A stretch of 64,000 nt of DNA from Escherichia coli O157:H7. Lineage in GTDB: Bacteria; Pseudomonadota; Gammaproteobacteria; Enterobacterales; Enterobacteriaceae. The notes under the pieces are model-generated. The model made no database searches. It was given only the letters and a program-made list of their open reading frames with translations, and had not been told where the DNA came from. Shown here piece after piece: positions 1-13,892 of this stretch (its first letter is position 1; each line of letters starts with the position of its first letter). The position numbers and the translations under genes are program-made. The stretch is from NCBI RefSeq assembly GCF_013167455.1, contig NZ_CP038328.1, one strand, 5' to 3'.

Positions 1-944
<944 letters not shown>

Positions 945-1757
945 TTAAAGATCCAACCCAGCCGCTACGTGGCGAATGCCGCGAATTGCTAAACCCGCAT
1001 CAGCGTTGATCATCACACCGCTTAATGCGCGATTATTGCGCCGCGATGCCAACATCACATACGGACCCGTAAAATCAGCCGGTTGCGGGAAAAATTGCAG
1101 CGGTAAAATGGCGGCAATTTTCTCCGGCGTCAGAGACTGCATTATTGAGGTTTCACTTTGCCCGAGCGCCTGTGGGCCGCGCAGGTCGCTGGCCATACCA
1201 CAAGGGCCGACGCCATTCACCCGTACTTTCGGAGCCAGTTCATAAGCCAGTTGGCGAATAAGCCCGGTTGCGGCATGTTTACTGGCGGTGTACAGCGGGC
1301 CACCGCCGCCGGGATACCAGGCGGCATTTGATAGTGTGAAAATCATGCTGCCTTCACCGGCGATTAACGCCGGAGCGCAGGCTTTTGCACCCAGCAGGTA
1401 ACCGAGTACGTTGACGTTAAACAGCTCGTGGAAGCCGGTTTCGAGCGTCTCTGCGGGAGTATTAACCAGTGAGGCATTGTGATCCCAGATGCCCGCATTG
1501 CCGATAAAACAATCCAGCTTGCCGGAACGAGTCAGGATCTGATCGACCGCGCGTTGATAATCGGCATAACAGGTCACGTTGCCTTCCACCGCCAGAATAT
1601 GTTCACCAAATCGCTGACGCAGACTGGCGACTTTCGCCGCCGACAGTTCCAGCGTGGCAACCTGCGCGCCTTCTTCGATAAATCGCTCGACCAGCGCCAG
1701 CCCTAATCCCGATCCGCCGCCGGTAATAAAAATGGACTCGTTATGCAGATCGCTCAT
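945..1757 (-). CDS. hcaB: 2,3-dihydroxy-2,3-dihydrophenylpropionate dehydrogenase (short-chain dehydrogenase)
   Basis: 270 aa ORF with SDR glycine motif TGGGSGLG near N-terminus; operon position. Confidence 0.92.
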   Translation of the reverse strand: MSDLHNESIFITGGGSGLGLALVERFIEEGAQVATLELSAAKVASLRQRFGEHILAVEGNVTCYADYQRAVDQILTRSGKLDCFIGNAGIWDHNASLVNTPAETLETGFHELFNVNVLGYLLGAKACAPALIAGEGSMIFTLSNAAWYPGGGGPLYTASKHAATGLIRQLAYELAPKVRVNGVGPCGMASDLRGPQALGQSETSIMQSLTPEKIAAILPLQFFPQPADFTGPYVMLASRRNNRALSGVMINADAGLAIRGIRHVAAGLDL

Positions 1758-2073
1758 GGCTGCGCCTCCGGTAAGTCGATGAAAATGTCACCACCTTCAA
1801 CGTGTACTGGATAAGTGGTGAGCGGATCGGTGGCGGGCAGGCATAACGCTTTCCCCGTTTTCAGGCAAAAACTGGCGGCGTGTAGCGGGCACTCCACCGT
1901 GGCGTCATCTTCCAGATACCCTTCTGACATCGACGCATTACCATGGCTGCAACGATCGTTAATGGCATAAAACTCGCCGCCAACGTTGAACAAGGCGATG
2001 ACGGGCGAGGTATCGATCCGGAGAGCCTCACCCTCCGGCACATCCGCAACGGGACACGCATAAATTCGATTCA

Positions 2074-2074
<1 letters not shown>
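1754..2074 (-). CDS. hcaC: Rieske-type ferredoxin of 3-phenylpropionate dioxygenase
   Basis: 106 aa ORF with Rieske ligands CSHG and CPLH; 4 bp overlap with hcaB. Confidence 0.92.
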
Positions 2075-3986
<1,912 letters not shown>

Positions 3987-4085
3987 CTATTTTTGTGTCA
4001 TAAGGATGTTGCTGGTTGGTTGCTAATATGTGAAATAGTTAATTTCTACCAGCTGAGACGTTTTTTCGATAACAAGGGGAAGGTG

Positions 4086-4976
4086 ATGGAACTACGGCAT
4101 TTACGCTATTTCGTCGCAGTGGCGCAGGCACTGAACTTTACCCGTGCGGCGGAAAAACTGCATACCTCACAGCCTTCGTTAAGCAGCCAGATCCGCGATC
4201 TTGAAAACTGTGTCGGTGTTCCGTTACTGGTGAGGGATAAGCGCAAAGTCGCGTTGACGGCGGCGGGAGAATGTTTTCTCCAGGACGCGCTGGCAATCCT
4301 CGAACAAGCGGAAAATGCCAAATTACGGGCGCGGAAAATTGTTCAGGAAGACAGACAATTAACCATTGGCTTTGTGCCATCGGCGGAAGTGAATTTACTG
4401 CCAAAAGTATTACCGATGTTTCGTCTCAGACAGCCAGACACCTTGATTGAGCTGGTGAGTTTAATCACCACGCAACAGGAGGAAAAAATTCGCCGTGGTG
4501 AACTCGACGTCGGCTTAATGCGCCATCCTGTTTATAGCCCGGAGATTGATTATCTGGAGCTTTTTGACGAACCATTAGTGGTGGTGTTACCGGTTGATCA
4601 CCCTTTAGCACATGAAAAAGAGATCACCGCCGCGCAACTGGATGGCGTGAATTTCGTCAGTACCGATCCGGCGTATTCCGGTTCGCTTGCGCCGATCGTT
4701 AAAGCGTGGTTTGCACAAGAAAACAGCCAGCCAAATATCGTCCAGGTGGCAACGAATATTCTGGTGACCATGAATCTGGTGGGCATGGGGCTGGGCGTCA
4801 CTTTGATACCCGGTTATATGAATAATTTTAATACCGGGCAGGTTGTTTTTCGTCCCATTGCCGGAAATGTGCCTTCCATTGCTTTACTGATGGCGTGGAA
4901 GAAAGGGGAGATGAAGCCGGCATTACGCGATTTCATCGCCATTGTGCAGGAACGTTTGGCAAGCGTAACGGCATAA
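4086..4976 (+). CDS. hcaR: LysR-type transcriptional activator of the hca operon
   Basis: ORF track frame 3993..4976; chosen start MELRHLRYFVAVAQ (LysR HTH) at 4086 gives 296 aa; divergent from hcaE. Confidence 0.9.
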   Translation: MELRHLRYFVAVAQALNFTRAAEKLHTSQPSLSSQIRDLENCVGVPLLVRDKRKVALTAAGECFLQDALAILEQAENAKLRARKIVQEDRQLTIGFVPSAEVNLLPKVLPMFRLRQPDTLIELVSLITTQQEEKIRRGELDVGLMRHPVYSPEIDYLELFDEPLVVVLPVDHPLAHEKEITAAQLDGVNFVSTDPAYSGSLAPIVKAWFAQENSQPNIVQVATNILVTMNLVGMGLGVTLIPGYMNNFNTGQVVFRPIAGNVPSIALLMAWKKGEMKPALRDFIAIVQERLASVTA

Positions 4977-5135
4977 TTACGCATTATCTTTGCAACATGC
5001 GTCACGGATCGCAGTTTTTGAGTGCTTGTGAACTGGCGTTACAGACATCGGGAAGCAGGCTCGAATATTCTTATTTTTCAACTTGCACCAACATTAGATT
5101 AACTCCAGACTAACGCCTCCTGACGGGAGGGACTC

Positions 5136-6275
5136 ATGGTTTTGCAATCCACGCGCTGGTTGGCGCTCGGCTATTTCACATACTTTTTTAGTTACGGCAT
5201 TTTTCTACCTTTCTGGAGCGTCTGGCTTAAAGGGATTGGTTTAACGCCAGAAACCATCGGCCTGTTATTGGGGGCAGGTCTGGTTGCCCGTTTTCTCGGG
5301 AGTTTGCTCATCGCGCCCCGCGTCAGCGATCCTTCTCGCCTGATTTCCGCCTTGCGCGTGCTGGCACTGCTGACACTTCTCTTTGCTGTCGCCTTCTGGG
5401 CGGGGGCGCACGTAGCGTGGCTGATGCTGGTGATGATTGGCTTTAACCTCTTTTTCTCACCGCTGGTACCGTTGACCGATGCACTGGCGAATACGTGGCA
5501 AAAGCAGTTCCCGCTTGATTACGGCAAAGTGCGACTGTGGGGCTCGGTGGCGTTTGTCATTGGCTCGGCGCTGACGGGCAAACTGGTCACTATGTTTGAT
5601 TATCGGGTGATCCTCGTGCTGTTGACGTTGGGCGTGGCATCCATGCTGCTCGGCTTTCTCATCCGTCCGACGATTCAGCCACAAGGGGCAAGCCGCCAGC
5701 AGGAGAGCACCGGTTGGTCAGCGTGGTTGGCGCTGGTTCGCCAGAACTGGCGCTTTCTGGCCTGCGTTTGTTTATTGCAGGGGGCACATGCGGCCTATTA
5801 CGGTTTTAGCGCCATTTACTGGCAGGCAGCTGGCTACTCGGCCTCGGCGGTGGGGTATTTGTGGTCGCTGGGCGTGGTGGCGGAAGTCATTATCTTTGCA
5901 CTGAGTAATAAACTTTTCCGCCGTTGTAGTGCACGCGATATGCTGTTGATCTCAGCGATTTGCGGCGTAGTGCGCTGGGGCATTATGGGAGCAACTACGG
6001 CGTTGCCGTGGTTGATAGTGGTGCAAATTCTGCATTGCGGCACCTTCACGGTCTGCCACCTGGCCGCCATGCGCTATATTGCTGCTCGCCAGGGTAGCGA
6101 AGTCATCCGTTTACAGGCGGTTTACTCTGCCGTCGCGATGGGCGGCAGTATCGCTATCATGACCGTTTTCGCCGGTTTCCTGTATCAATATCTGGGCCAC
6201 GGCGTGTTCTGGGTGATGGCGCTGGTGGCGCTTCCGGCAATGTTTTTGCGCCCGAAAGTTGTTCCCTCATGCTGA
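5136..6275 (+). CDS. hcaT: MFS transporter (putative 3-phenylpropionate transporter)
   Basis: 379 aa multi-pass hydrophobic ORF. Confidence 0.9.
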   Translation: MVLQSTRWLALGYFTYFFSYGIFLPFWSVWLKGIGLTPETIGLLLGAGLVARFLGSLLIAPRVSDPSRLISALRVLALLTLLFAVAFWAGAHVAWLMLVMIGFNLFFSPLVPLTDALANTWQKQFPLDYGKVRLWGSVAFVIGSALTGKLVTMFDYRVILVLLTLGVASMLLGFLIRPTIQPQGASRQQESTGWSAWLALVRQNWRFLACVCLLQGAHAAYYGFSAIYWQAAGYSASAVGYLWSLGVVAEVIIFALSNKLFRRCSARDMLLISAICGVVRWGIMGATTALPWLIVVQILHCGTFTVCHLAAMRYIAARQGSEVIRLQAVYSAVAMGGSIAIMTVFAGFLYQYLGHGVFWVMALVALPAMFLRPKVVPSC

Positions 6276-7547
6276 TTCGAGCATTTTGCGGATCTGCTCC
6301 TGTTGATGTGTTGTCAGTGTCAGGTCCGTATAGATCAGCGGTGGTGAAAAGAGCGGTAACGGCATGGTATAAGGAGCAATAATCAGTGCCGCGCCACGCG
6401 GAGCGCCTGTCTGCAAAAATGCCTTTACCGACATATGTTTAATGTTGAGCGGCAGTAACGTTAGTTCGCGTAACTGTTGCTCAATCTGCGCTTCTCGCTC
6501 GCTATCATTCCCGGTCAGTAGAATAATCTGTTTTTCATGCAGATCGTTTTCCTGCATTAGCCAGGCACCGAAAATCACCGCGACCAGACCACTTTCCTCA
6601 TCAGAAAGATGGACGCCGTATTCACTTTCAAATCCGGCCAGCGCCGCGCGGGTGGTGCGTACCAGGCGTGGATACAGTCTGGCGAACTCTTCCGGCAGGG
6701 TATTATCAATACCGATGGCAAACAAACTGCGATTTAACGCCTGGGCGAGGTGGGTATAAAGCTGATCACATAACCCCTGTTCATCATAAAAACGAACATT
6801 TCCCAGCTCACGAAAATGGTTTACCAGACGTTTGATAGACTGACGCAATTGTCTGTCCCGCTGATGCGCATCCCGCAATGGATCGGGAACCCGCAACATG
6901 GAAAAAAGTAGTGCCATAAACAGTGGCTCATCAGGTGGTACAGGCTGGAGCGCCCGACGCTGCCAGTGGCGTCCAATTTCCTGCGCTACCTGAAATTCAA
7001 GGCAGGATTCCGCCCAGCGACGTTGGAGCGGATTAAACTGAGGCGTAATTCCAGCGTGGTGCTGCAGCAAACAATATTGCAGATACAGACACAGGAAATG
7101 AATATCGCGCGATTCAAAGCGTTTTTGCAGCCGTCGGGAGCAGAGATTCACTAACGCTTGTAGATTGGTATCGTCGTAAAAGTTACGCGCAATTCCGCGC
7201 CGCTTCAGTTCACTCTTCAGGGCGGGGGTGAATTGGCTGGTAATAAATGACGGACACAGACGGAAACCACGTCGTAGCCAGTGAAATAAACACAAACGTT
7301 GGTTAAGCACTGTACCTTCAACCCGGTAGCTACCGTCATAACCAGTCGTCAGTGTGAGTTGATGATAGCGCAGGATCTCCCGTCCTGTTTCGCTGATATC
7401 AAGACTGGCAATATCATCATCCACACCATTAAGCTCGCTGAAGGTTGCCATGGTGGCGGTCAACCCCGGCTGAAAGAGCGTCAGCAAGATCTGGCAGCGG
7501 CGCTGGGGAGCCGAAAGGACAGATGGTGGAGCAAGCGTAGGCATCAT
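6267..7547 (-). CDS. csiE: Stationary-phase inducible protein CsiE
   Basis: ORF track 433 aa; start chosen at MMPTLAPPSV giving 426 aa; 3' end overlaps hcaT 3' end by 9 bp (convergent). Confidence 0.85.
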   Translation of the reverse strand: MMPTLAPPSVLSAPQRRCQILLTLFQPGLTATMATFSELNGVDDDIASLDISETGREILRYHQLTLTTGYDGSYRVEGTVLNQRLCLFHWLRRGFRLCPSFITSQFTPALKSELKRRGIARNFYDDTNLQALVNLCSRRLQKRFESRDIHFLCLYLQYCLLQHHAGITPQFNPLQRRWAESCLEFQVAQEIGRHWQRRALQPVPPDEPLFMALLFSMLRVPDPLRDAHQRDRQLRQSIKRLVNHFRELGNVRFYDEQGLCDQLYTHLAQALNRSLFAIGIDNTLPEEFARLYPRLVRTTRAALAGFESEYGVHLSDEESGLVAVIFGAWLMQENDLHEKQIILLTGNDSEREAQIEQQLRELTLLPLNIKHMSVKAFLQTGAPRGAALIIAPYTMPLPLFSPPLIYTDLTLTTHQQEQIRKMLESA

Positions 7548-7737
7548 CTGTAGATCTCCCATAAGCATAATTGATAAGAATAGCTAAAGTTTGCTCAGGG
7601 AAATGGCGAAGGGAATGCTAATCATCAGAAATGTTGGCAAGCGTCACAGAATTTTTCTCATCTTAAACTGTCCTGACCAGTGGATTAGCATGTCTTAAGG
7701 TGATTTTGTGAATGATTATCGTGCTAGAGATCATGGG

Positions 7738-8592
7738 TTAGTTCTGCGGATTCAACGCGCTAAGGATAAAGTTCACCATCTGTTCGCGATAAACGTCGCC
7801 GTGACGATCGGAAAAAGCATCAATGTGTTCGCCATCCGGGATTAGGATCAACCGTTTTGGCTCTTTTGCCAGGCTATACAACTTTTCGCTGTGCTGCCAT
7901 GGGATAACGTGATCAGCTTTACCGTGAATGAGTAAAAGCGGGATCGGGCTGACGCTGGCGATATAATTTTCGCCGCTGTAACTCTCATCAAGTAAGTAGC
8001 CACTGCCGGGGATCATCTGGTTGGCGATGGTTGCATAAGAGGCAAATGTGGAGTCGAGGATCACTGCACGTATGCCTTCACGATCACCCTGACCAATAAC
8101 AGCAAGAATATTCGCCCCGCCAATACTCTGCCCGAACAGCACCAGCCGTTGTGGGTTTACATCACTGCGATGGCGCACCACATTGATGGCGCTTTGCGTA
8201 TCGTCCAGCAATCCGGCCTGGGACGGCGTGCCTTTTGATTTACCAAACCCGCGATAATCAAACATAAAAACGTTGAAATTACGCTCGGGTAACCAACTGA
8301 CCAGCGGCCAGTGGGCGGACATATTTCCGGCATTGCCGTGAGCATGAATGATGGTTGCGATGGCGTTGTCAGCAGGGCCCGTCGAAGAAGGAATAAACCA
8401 GCCTTGCAGACGAGTACCGTCCTTAGCCGTAAATTCGACGGATTCCGCCGACCAGGGGTCGGGACCGTAAATTTTATCGTCAGGATAATAGAAGAAGTTG
8501 ATGGCAACGCGCGGCACTAAATAAACGCAGAAGGCAACAACAAAGAGAATAAACAGAATTTTGGGAACGCGTTTGTTCACTGGCAGTGCCAT
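7738..8592 (-). CDS. yfhR: Alpha/beta-hydrolase (S9 peptidase-like) membrane-anchored protein
   Basis: ORF track frame 7738..8619; internal ATG at 8592 (MALPVNKR...) is preceded by AAGGAAAGG Shine-Dalgarno, the 8619 ATG is not; N-terminal TM helix, GQSIGG nucleophile elbow. Confidence 0.85.
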   Translation of the reverse strand: MALPVNKRVPKILFILFVVAFCVYLVPRVAINFFYYPDDKIYGPDPWSAESVEFTAKDGTRLQGWFIPSSTGPADNAIATIIHAHGNAGNMSAHWPLVSWLPERNFNVFMFDYRGFGKSKGTPSQAGLLDDTQSAINVVRHRSDVNPQRLVLFGQSIGGANILAVIGQGDREGIRAVILDSTFASYATIANQMIPGSGYLLDESYSGENYIASVSPIPLLLIHGKADHVIPWQHSEKLYSLAKEPKRLILIPDGEHIDAFSDRHGDVYREQMVNFILSALNPQN

Positions 8593-8736
8593 AACCTTTC
8601 CTTGCGACTTCTTTATCATCCATTAATCGGGGAAAGATGGTGGGAGAGTGACGAAAGAAAGTAAAGCGGTGAGGAAGTATTTCGGAATAGCGCCTGAAAG
8701 GCGAGGGCGGGTGAGTGATATCACCCGCCTGAGTCA

Positions 8737-9540
8737 TTAACGCTTCAGAGCGTCGCTTAACTCGTCACGCATGTTCGCCAGCATGGCTTTAACAACACGC
8801 GGGTTACCAGCAACGATGTTACCGGTCAGCATATAGTTATGACCACCGGTGAAGTCGCTGACGATGCCGCCCGCTTCACGAACAAGCAGCTCGCCTGCAG
8901 CGAAGTCCCACGGGCGCAGACCGATTTCAAAGAAACCGTCAACACGACCCGCAGCGACGTAAGCCAGATCCAGCGCCGCAGAACCGGTACGACGGAAGTC
9001 TGCACATTCGTTGAACAGTTTGCCGACGATGTTGATGTAGGTAGTGGCGTACTGTTTTGCTTTGAACGGGAAGCCGGTCGCCAGAATAGTACCGTCGAGA
9101 TCGCGAGCGGTGCTGCCGCGCAGACGGTAGCCGTTCAGCTGTGCGCCCTGACCGCGAGTGGCGGTGAACAGTTCGTTACGCATAGGATCGTATACCACAG
9201 CAACTTCGGTGCGGCCTTTGATACGAACGGCGATAGATACCGCGAAGTGCGGCAGACGTTTGATAAAGTTGGTAGTGCCATCCAGTGGATCGATAACCCA
9301 TTGAACATCCTGATCAGTACCTTCAAGTTCACCGCTTTCTTCGGTGATGATGGTGTGCTGTGGGTAAGATTTACGAATCGTGTCGATAATCACCGCTTCG
9401 GCAGCTTTATCTACGTTGGTCACGAAGTCGTTACTGCCTTTCTGGCTCGCTTCTACAGCGTCCGGGGTTTCATAGTTTTTGGCAATCAAATTACCCGCCT
9501 TGCGCGCTGCGCGCACGGCGATGTTCAGCATCGGATGCAT
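8737..9540 (-). CDS. suhB: Inositol monophosphatase family protein
   Basis: 267 aa ORF with IMPase motifs (EESG, DPLDGT, WDFAAG). Confidence 0.93.
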   Translation of the reverse strand: MHPMLNIAVRAARKAGNLIAKNYETPDAVEASQKGSNDFVTNVDKAAEAVIIDTIRKSYPQHTIITEESGELEGTDQDVQWVIDPLDGTTNFIKRLPHFAVSIAVRIKGRTEVAVVYDPMRNELFTATRGQGAQLNGYRLRGSTARDLDGTILATGFPFKAKQYATTYINIVGKLFNECADFRRTGSAALDLAYVAAGRVDGFFEIGLRPWDFAAGELLVREAGGIVSDFTGGHNYMLTGNIVAGNPRVVKAMLANMRDELSDALKR

Positions 9541-9658
9541 CGGTCTCTCTCACTGGATGTTAAAGAACGGGAAAACGGCGCAGAGTATAGCAGCGAGATC
9601 GGCATCTGTCTTCGTTTTATGATAAGATGCGCGAATAATCTTTAGACGAAGAAAGACA

Positions 9659-10396
9659 ATGCTGCAAAATATTCGAATTGTGCTGGTGGAGACGTCACAC
9701 ACCGGCAATATGGGTTCTGTTGCCCGTGCCATGAAAACAATGGGATTAACCAATCTGTGGCTGGTTAATCCACTGGTGAAACCTGACTCCCAGGCGATTG
9801 CCCTGGCGGCGGGGGCCAGCGATGTGATTGGTAATGCTCACATCGTCGATATGCTCGACGAAGCGTTAGCCGGTTGTAGCCTGGTGGTGGGCACCAGCGC
9901 ACGTTCCCGCACGCTGCCGTGGCCGATGCTCGACCCGCGCGAATGCGGTCTGAAAAGCGTTGCTGAAGCGGCAAATACCCCGGTGGCGCTGGTGTTTGGT
10001 CGCGAACGTGTCGGCCTGACCAATGAAGAGTTGCAGAAGTGTCATTATCATGTCGCGATTGCCGCTAACCCTGAATACAGCTCGCTGAACCTGGCGATGG
10101 CGGTTCAGGTTATTGCCTATGAAGTGCGTATGGCCTGGCTGGCAACTCAGGAAAATGGCGAGCAGGTCGAGCATGAAGAGACGCCGTATCCGCTGGTCGA
10201 TGATCTGGAGCGTTTTTATGGTCATCTGGAACAAACGCTGCTGGCAACCGGTTTTATCCGTGAAAACCATCCGGGGCAGGTGATGAATAAATTGCGCCGT
10301 CTGTTTACCCGTGCGCGCCCGGAAAGCCAGGAATTGAATATCCTGCGCGGGATTCTGGCTTCTATAGAGCAGCAGAATAAAGGTAATAAGGCCTGA
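9659..10396 (+). CDS. trmJ: tRNA (cytidine/uridine-2'-O)-methyltransferase, SpoU family
   Basis: 245 aa ORF; divergent from suhB. Confidence 0.92.
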   Translation: MLQNIRIVLVETSHTGNMGSVARAMKTMGLTNLWLVNPLVKPDSQAIALAAGASDVIGNAHIVDMLDEALAGCSLVVGTSARSRTLPWPMLDPRECGLKSVAEAANTPVALVFGRERVGLTNEELQKCHYHVAIAANPEYSSLNLAMAVQVIAYEVRMAWLATQENGEQVEHEETPYPLVDDLERFYGHLEQTLLATGFIRENHPGQVMNKLRRLFTRARPESQELNILRGILASIEQQNKGNKA

Positions 10397-10422
10397 GGGC
10401 TAAGCCAGATAAGTGCACGGAC

Positions 10423-10463
10423 GGTCCCCTCGCCCCTTCGGGGAGAGGGTTAGGGTGAGGGGA
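10423..10463. repeat. GC-rich imperfect palindromic intergenic repeat (BoxC-like)
   Basis: ggtcccctcgccccttcggggagagggttagggtgaggggaac just after trmJ stop; nested inverted repeats, no T-tract, so not a simple terminator. Confidence 0.35.
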
Positions 10464-10563
10464 ACAGGCCTGCGCTAATGCGAATAATTGCCCTCAACCC
10501 GCCCATGGTCTGGAAGGATAACAGGTACAAACGCCACGATAAAAAAATGGCACTGAAGGTTAA

Positions 10564-10614
10564 ATACCCGACTAAATCAGTCAAGTAAATAGTTGACCAA
10601 TTTACTCGGGAATG
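10564..10614 (+). promoter_or_regulatory. IscR operator (type 1 sites) in iscR promoter
   Basis: ATACCCGACTAAATCAGTCAAGTAA at 10564..10588 matches the type 1 IscR motif ATASYYGACTRwwwYAGTCRRSTAT at 24 of 25 positions; a second weaker site follows. Confidence 0.7.
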
Positions 10615-10696
10615 TCAGACTTGACCCTGCTATGCAATACCCCCACTTTTACAATAAAAAACCCCGGGCAGGGGCGAGTTTGAGGTGAAGTAAGAC

Positions 10697-11185
10697 ATGA
10701 GACTGACATCTAAAGGGCGCTATGCCGTGACCGCAATGCTTGACGTTGCGCTCAACTCTGAAGCGGGCCCGGTACCGTTGGCTGATATTTCCGAACGTCA
10801 GGGAATTTCCCTTTCTTATCTGGAACAACTGTTTTCTCGTCTGCGTAAAAATGGTCTGGTTTCCAGCGTACGTGGACCAGGCGGTGGTTATCTGTTAGGC
10901 AAAGATGCCAGCAGCATCGCCGTTGGCGAAGTGATTAGCGCCGTTGACGAATCTGTAGATGCCACCCGTTGTCAGGGTAAAGGCGGCTGCCAGGGCGGCG
11001 ATAAATGCCTGACCCACGCGCTGTGGCGTGATTTGAGCGACCGTCTTACCGGTTTTCTCAATAACATTACTTTAGGCGAACTGGTTAACAACCAGGAAGT
11101 GCTGGATGTGTCTGGTCGTCAGCATACTCACGACGCGCCACGCACCCGCACACAAGACGCGATCGACGTTAAGTTACGCGCTTAA
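10697..11185 (+). CDS. iscR: Fe-S cluster assembly transcriptional regulator (Rrf2 family)
   Basis: 162 aa [22 protein letters not shown] with Cys ligands further on. Confidence 0.95.
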
Positions 11186-11296
11186 TAAAAAGTATTCAGA
11201 ATCAGGCCGGGGCGTATCGCGCTCCGTAAACACGGTCGTACATCCAGCCGGTAGCCTGGTTCCTTGCATTGAGTGATGTACGGAGTTTATAGAGCA

Positions 11297-12511
11297 ATGA
11301 AATTACCGATTTATCTCGACTACTCCGCAACCACGCCGGTGGACCCGCGTGTTGCCGAGAAAATGATGCAGTTTATGACGATGGACGGAACCTTTGGTAA
11401 CCCGGCCTCCCGTTCTCACCGTTTCGGCTGGCAGGCTGAAGAAGCGGTAGATATCGCCCGTAATCAGATTGCCGATCTGGTCGGCGCTGATCCGCGTGAA
11501 ATCGTCTTTACCTCTGGTGCAACCGAGTCTGACAACCTGGCGATCAAAGGTGCAGCCAACTTTTATCAGAAAAAAGGCAAGCACATAATCACCAGCAAAA
11601 CCGAACACAAAGCGGTATTGGATACCTGCCGTCAGCTGGAGCGCGAAGGTTTCGAAGTCACCTACCTCGCACCGCAGCGTAACGGTATTATCGACCTGAA
11701 AGAACTCGAAGCAGCGATGCGTGACGACACCATCCTTGTTTCTATCATGCACGTAAATAACGAAATCGGCGTGGTGCAGGATATCGCGGCTATCGGCGAA
11801 ATGTGCCGTGCTCGTGGCATTATCTATCACGTTGATGCAACCCAGAGCGTGGGCAAACTGCCTATCGACCTGAGCCAGTTGAAAGTTGACCTGATGTCTT
11901 TCTCCGGTCACAAAATCTATGGCCCGAAAGGTATCGGTGCGCTGTATGTGCGTCGTAAACCGCGCGTACGCATCGAAGCGCAAATGCACGGCGGCGGTCA
12001 CGAGCGCGGTATGCGTTCCGGCACTCTGCCTGTTCACCAGATCGTCGGAATGGGCGAAGCCTATCGCATCGCAAAAGAAGAGATGGCGACCGAGATGGAA
12101 CGTCTGCGCGGCCTGCGTAACCGTCTGTGGAACGGCATCAAAGATATCGAAGAAGTTTACCTGAACGGTGACCTGGAACACGGTGCGCCGAACATTCTCA
12201 ACGTCAGCTTCAACTACGTTGAAGGTGAGTCGCTGATTATGGCGCTGAAAGATCTCGCGGTTTCTTCCGGTTCCGCCTGTACGTCAGCAAGCCTCGAACC
12301 GTCCTACGTGCTGCGCGCGCTGGGGCTGAACGACGAGCTGGCACATAGCTCTATCCGTTTCTCTTTAGGTCGTTTTACTACTGAAGAAGAGATCGACTAC
12401 ACCATCGAGTTAGTTCGTAAATCCATCGGTCGTCTGCGTGACCTTTCTCCGCTGTGGGAAATGTACAAGCAGGGCGTGGATCTGAACAGCATCGAATGGG
12501 CTCATCATTAA
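11297..12511 (+). CDS. iscS: Cysteine desulfurase
   Basis: ORF track frame 11273..12511; start chosen at [16 protein letters not shown] (404 aa); PLP site [12 protein letters not shown], active-site SSGSACTS. Confidence 0.95.
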
Positions 12512-12538
12512 TCGGTATCGGAATCAGGAGAATTTATA

Positions 12539-12925
12539 ATGGCTTACAGCGAAAAAGTTATCGACCATTACGAGAATCCGCGTAACGTGGGTTCCTTTGA
12601 CAACAACGACGAGAACGTCGGCAGCGGCATGGTGGGTGCACCGGCCTGTGGCGACGTAATGAAGTTGCAGATTAAAGTCAACGATGAAGGTATCATTGAA
12701 GACGCGCGTTTTAAAACTTACGGCTGCGGTTCTGCTATCGCTTCCAGCTCCCTGGTCACCGAATGGGTGAAAGGGAAGTCTCTCGACGAAGCGCAGGCTA
12801 TCAAAAACACCGATATTGCTGAAGAACTTGAACTGCCGCCGGTGAAAATTCACTGTTCTATTCTGGCAGAAGACGCGATCAAAGCCGCCATTGCGGACTA
12901 TAAAAGCAAACGTGAAGCAAAATAA
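12539..12925 (+). CDS. iscU: Fe-S cluster scaffold protein
   Basis: 128 aa ORF with GAPACGDVMKLQ and LPPVKIHCS motifs. Confidence 0.95.
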   Translation: MAYSEKVIDHYENPRNVGSFDNNDENVGSGMVGAPACGDVMKLQIKVNDEGIIEDARFKTYGCGSAIASSSLVTEWVKGKSLDEAQAIKNTDIAEELELPPVKIHCSILAEDAIKAAIADYKSKREAK

Positions 12926-12941
12926 GAGTTGAGGTTTGGTT

Positions 12942-13265
12942 ATGTCGATTACACTTAGCGACAGTGCAGCAGCGCGAGTAAATACCTTTCTGGCTAACCG
13001 TGGCAAAGGGTTTGGCCTACGTCTGGGCGTGAGAACCTCCGGATGTTCAGGTATGGCTTATGTACTGGAATTTGTTGACGAACCGACGCCGGAAGACATC
13101 GTGTTTGAAGACAAAGGCGTGAAAGTCGTGGTCGATGGCAAAAGCCTGCAATTTCTGGACGGTACGCAGCTGGACTTCGTAAAAGAAGGCCTGAACGAAG
13201 GGTTTAAATTCACCAACCCGAACGTTAAAGATGAGTGTGGTTGCGGCGAAAGCTTCCACGTTTGA
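12942..13265 (+). CDS. iscA: Fe-S cluster A-type carrier
   Basis: Start chosen at [13 protein letters not shown] (107 aa); C-terminal CGCGESF motif. Confidence 0.93.
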   Translation: MSITLSDSAAARVNTFLANRGKGFGLRLGVRTSGCSGMAYVLEFVDEPTPEDIVFEDKGVKVVVDGKSLQFLDGTQLDFVKEGLNEGFKFTNPNVKDECGCGESFHV

Positions 13266-13360
13266 TGCGCATACCGATAACCCCACCGTGGTCGCCTGCG
13301 CGTGGGGGTTGTTTTACCTGATTCGCCGTTATCGCGGCGGATCGCAGCCCTGAGAATGTT

Positions 13361-13876
13361 ATGGATTACTTCACCCTCTTTGGCTTGCCTGCCCGTTATC
13401 AACTCGATACCCAGGCGCTGAGCCTGCGTTTTCAGGATCTACAACGTCAGTATCATCCTGATAAATTCGCCAGCGGAAGCCAGGCGGAACAACTCGCCGC
13501 CGTACAGCAATCTGCAACCATTAATCAGGCCTGGCAAACGCTGCGTCATCCGTTAATGCGCGCGGAATATTTGCTTTCTTTGCACGGCTTTGATCTCGCC
13601 AGCGAGCAGCATACTGTGCGCGACACCGCGTTCCTGATGGAACAGTTGGAGCTGCGCGAAGAGCTGGACGAGATCGAACAGGCGAAAGATGAAGCGCGGC
13701 TGGAAAGCTTTATCAAACGTGTGAAAAAGATGTTTGATACCCGCCATCAGTTGATGGTTGAACAGTTAGACAACGAGACCTGGGACGCGGCGGCGGATAC
13801 CGTGCGTAAGCTGCGTTTTCTCGATAAACTGCGAAGCAGTGCCGAACAACTCGAAGAAAAACTGCTCGATTTTTAA
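13361..13876 (+). CDS. hscB: J-domain co-chaperone
   Basis: 171 aa ORF with J-domain HPD motif (QYHPDKF). Confidence 0.93.
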
Positions 13877-13892
13877 TTTCTGGAAGCTAAAC

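Noticed and set aside
3993-4085. N-terminal extension of hcaR in the ORF track (327 aa form)
   Set aside because: The extension lies within the divergent promoter region; the LysR HTH begins at MELRHLRYF, giving the expected 296 aa.
11303-12181. 292 aa ORF on the minus strand inside iscS
   Set aside because: Antisense shadow ORF entirely within a well-supported gene; no independent signals.
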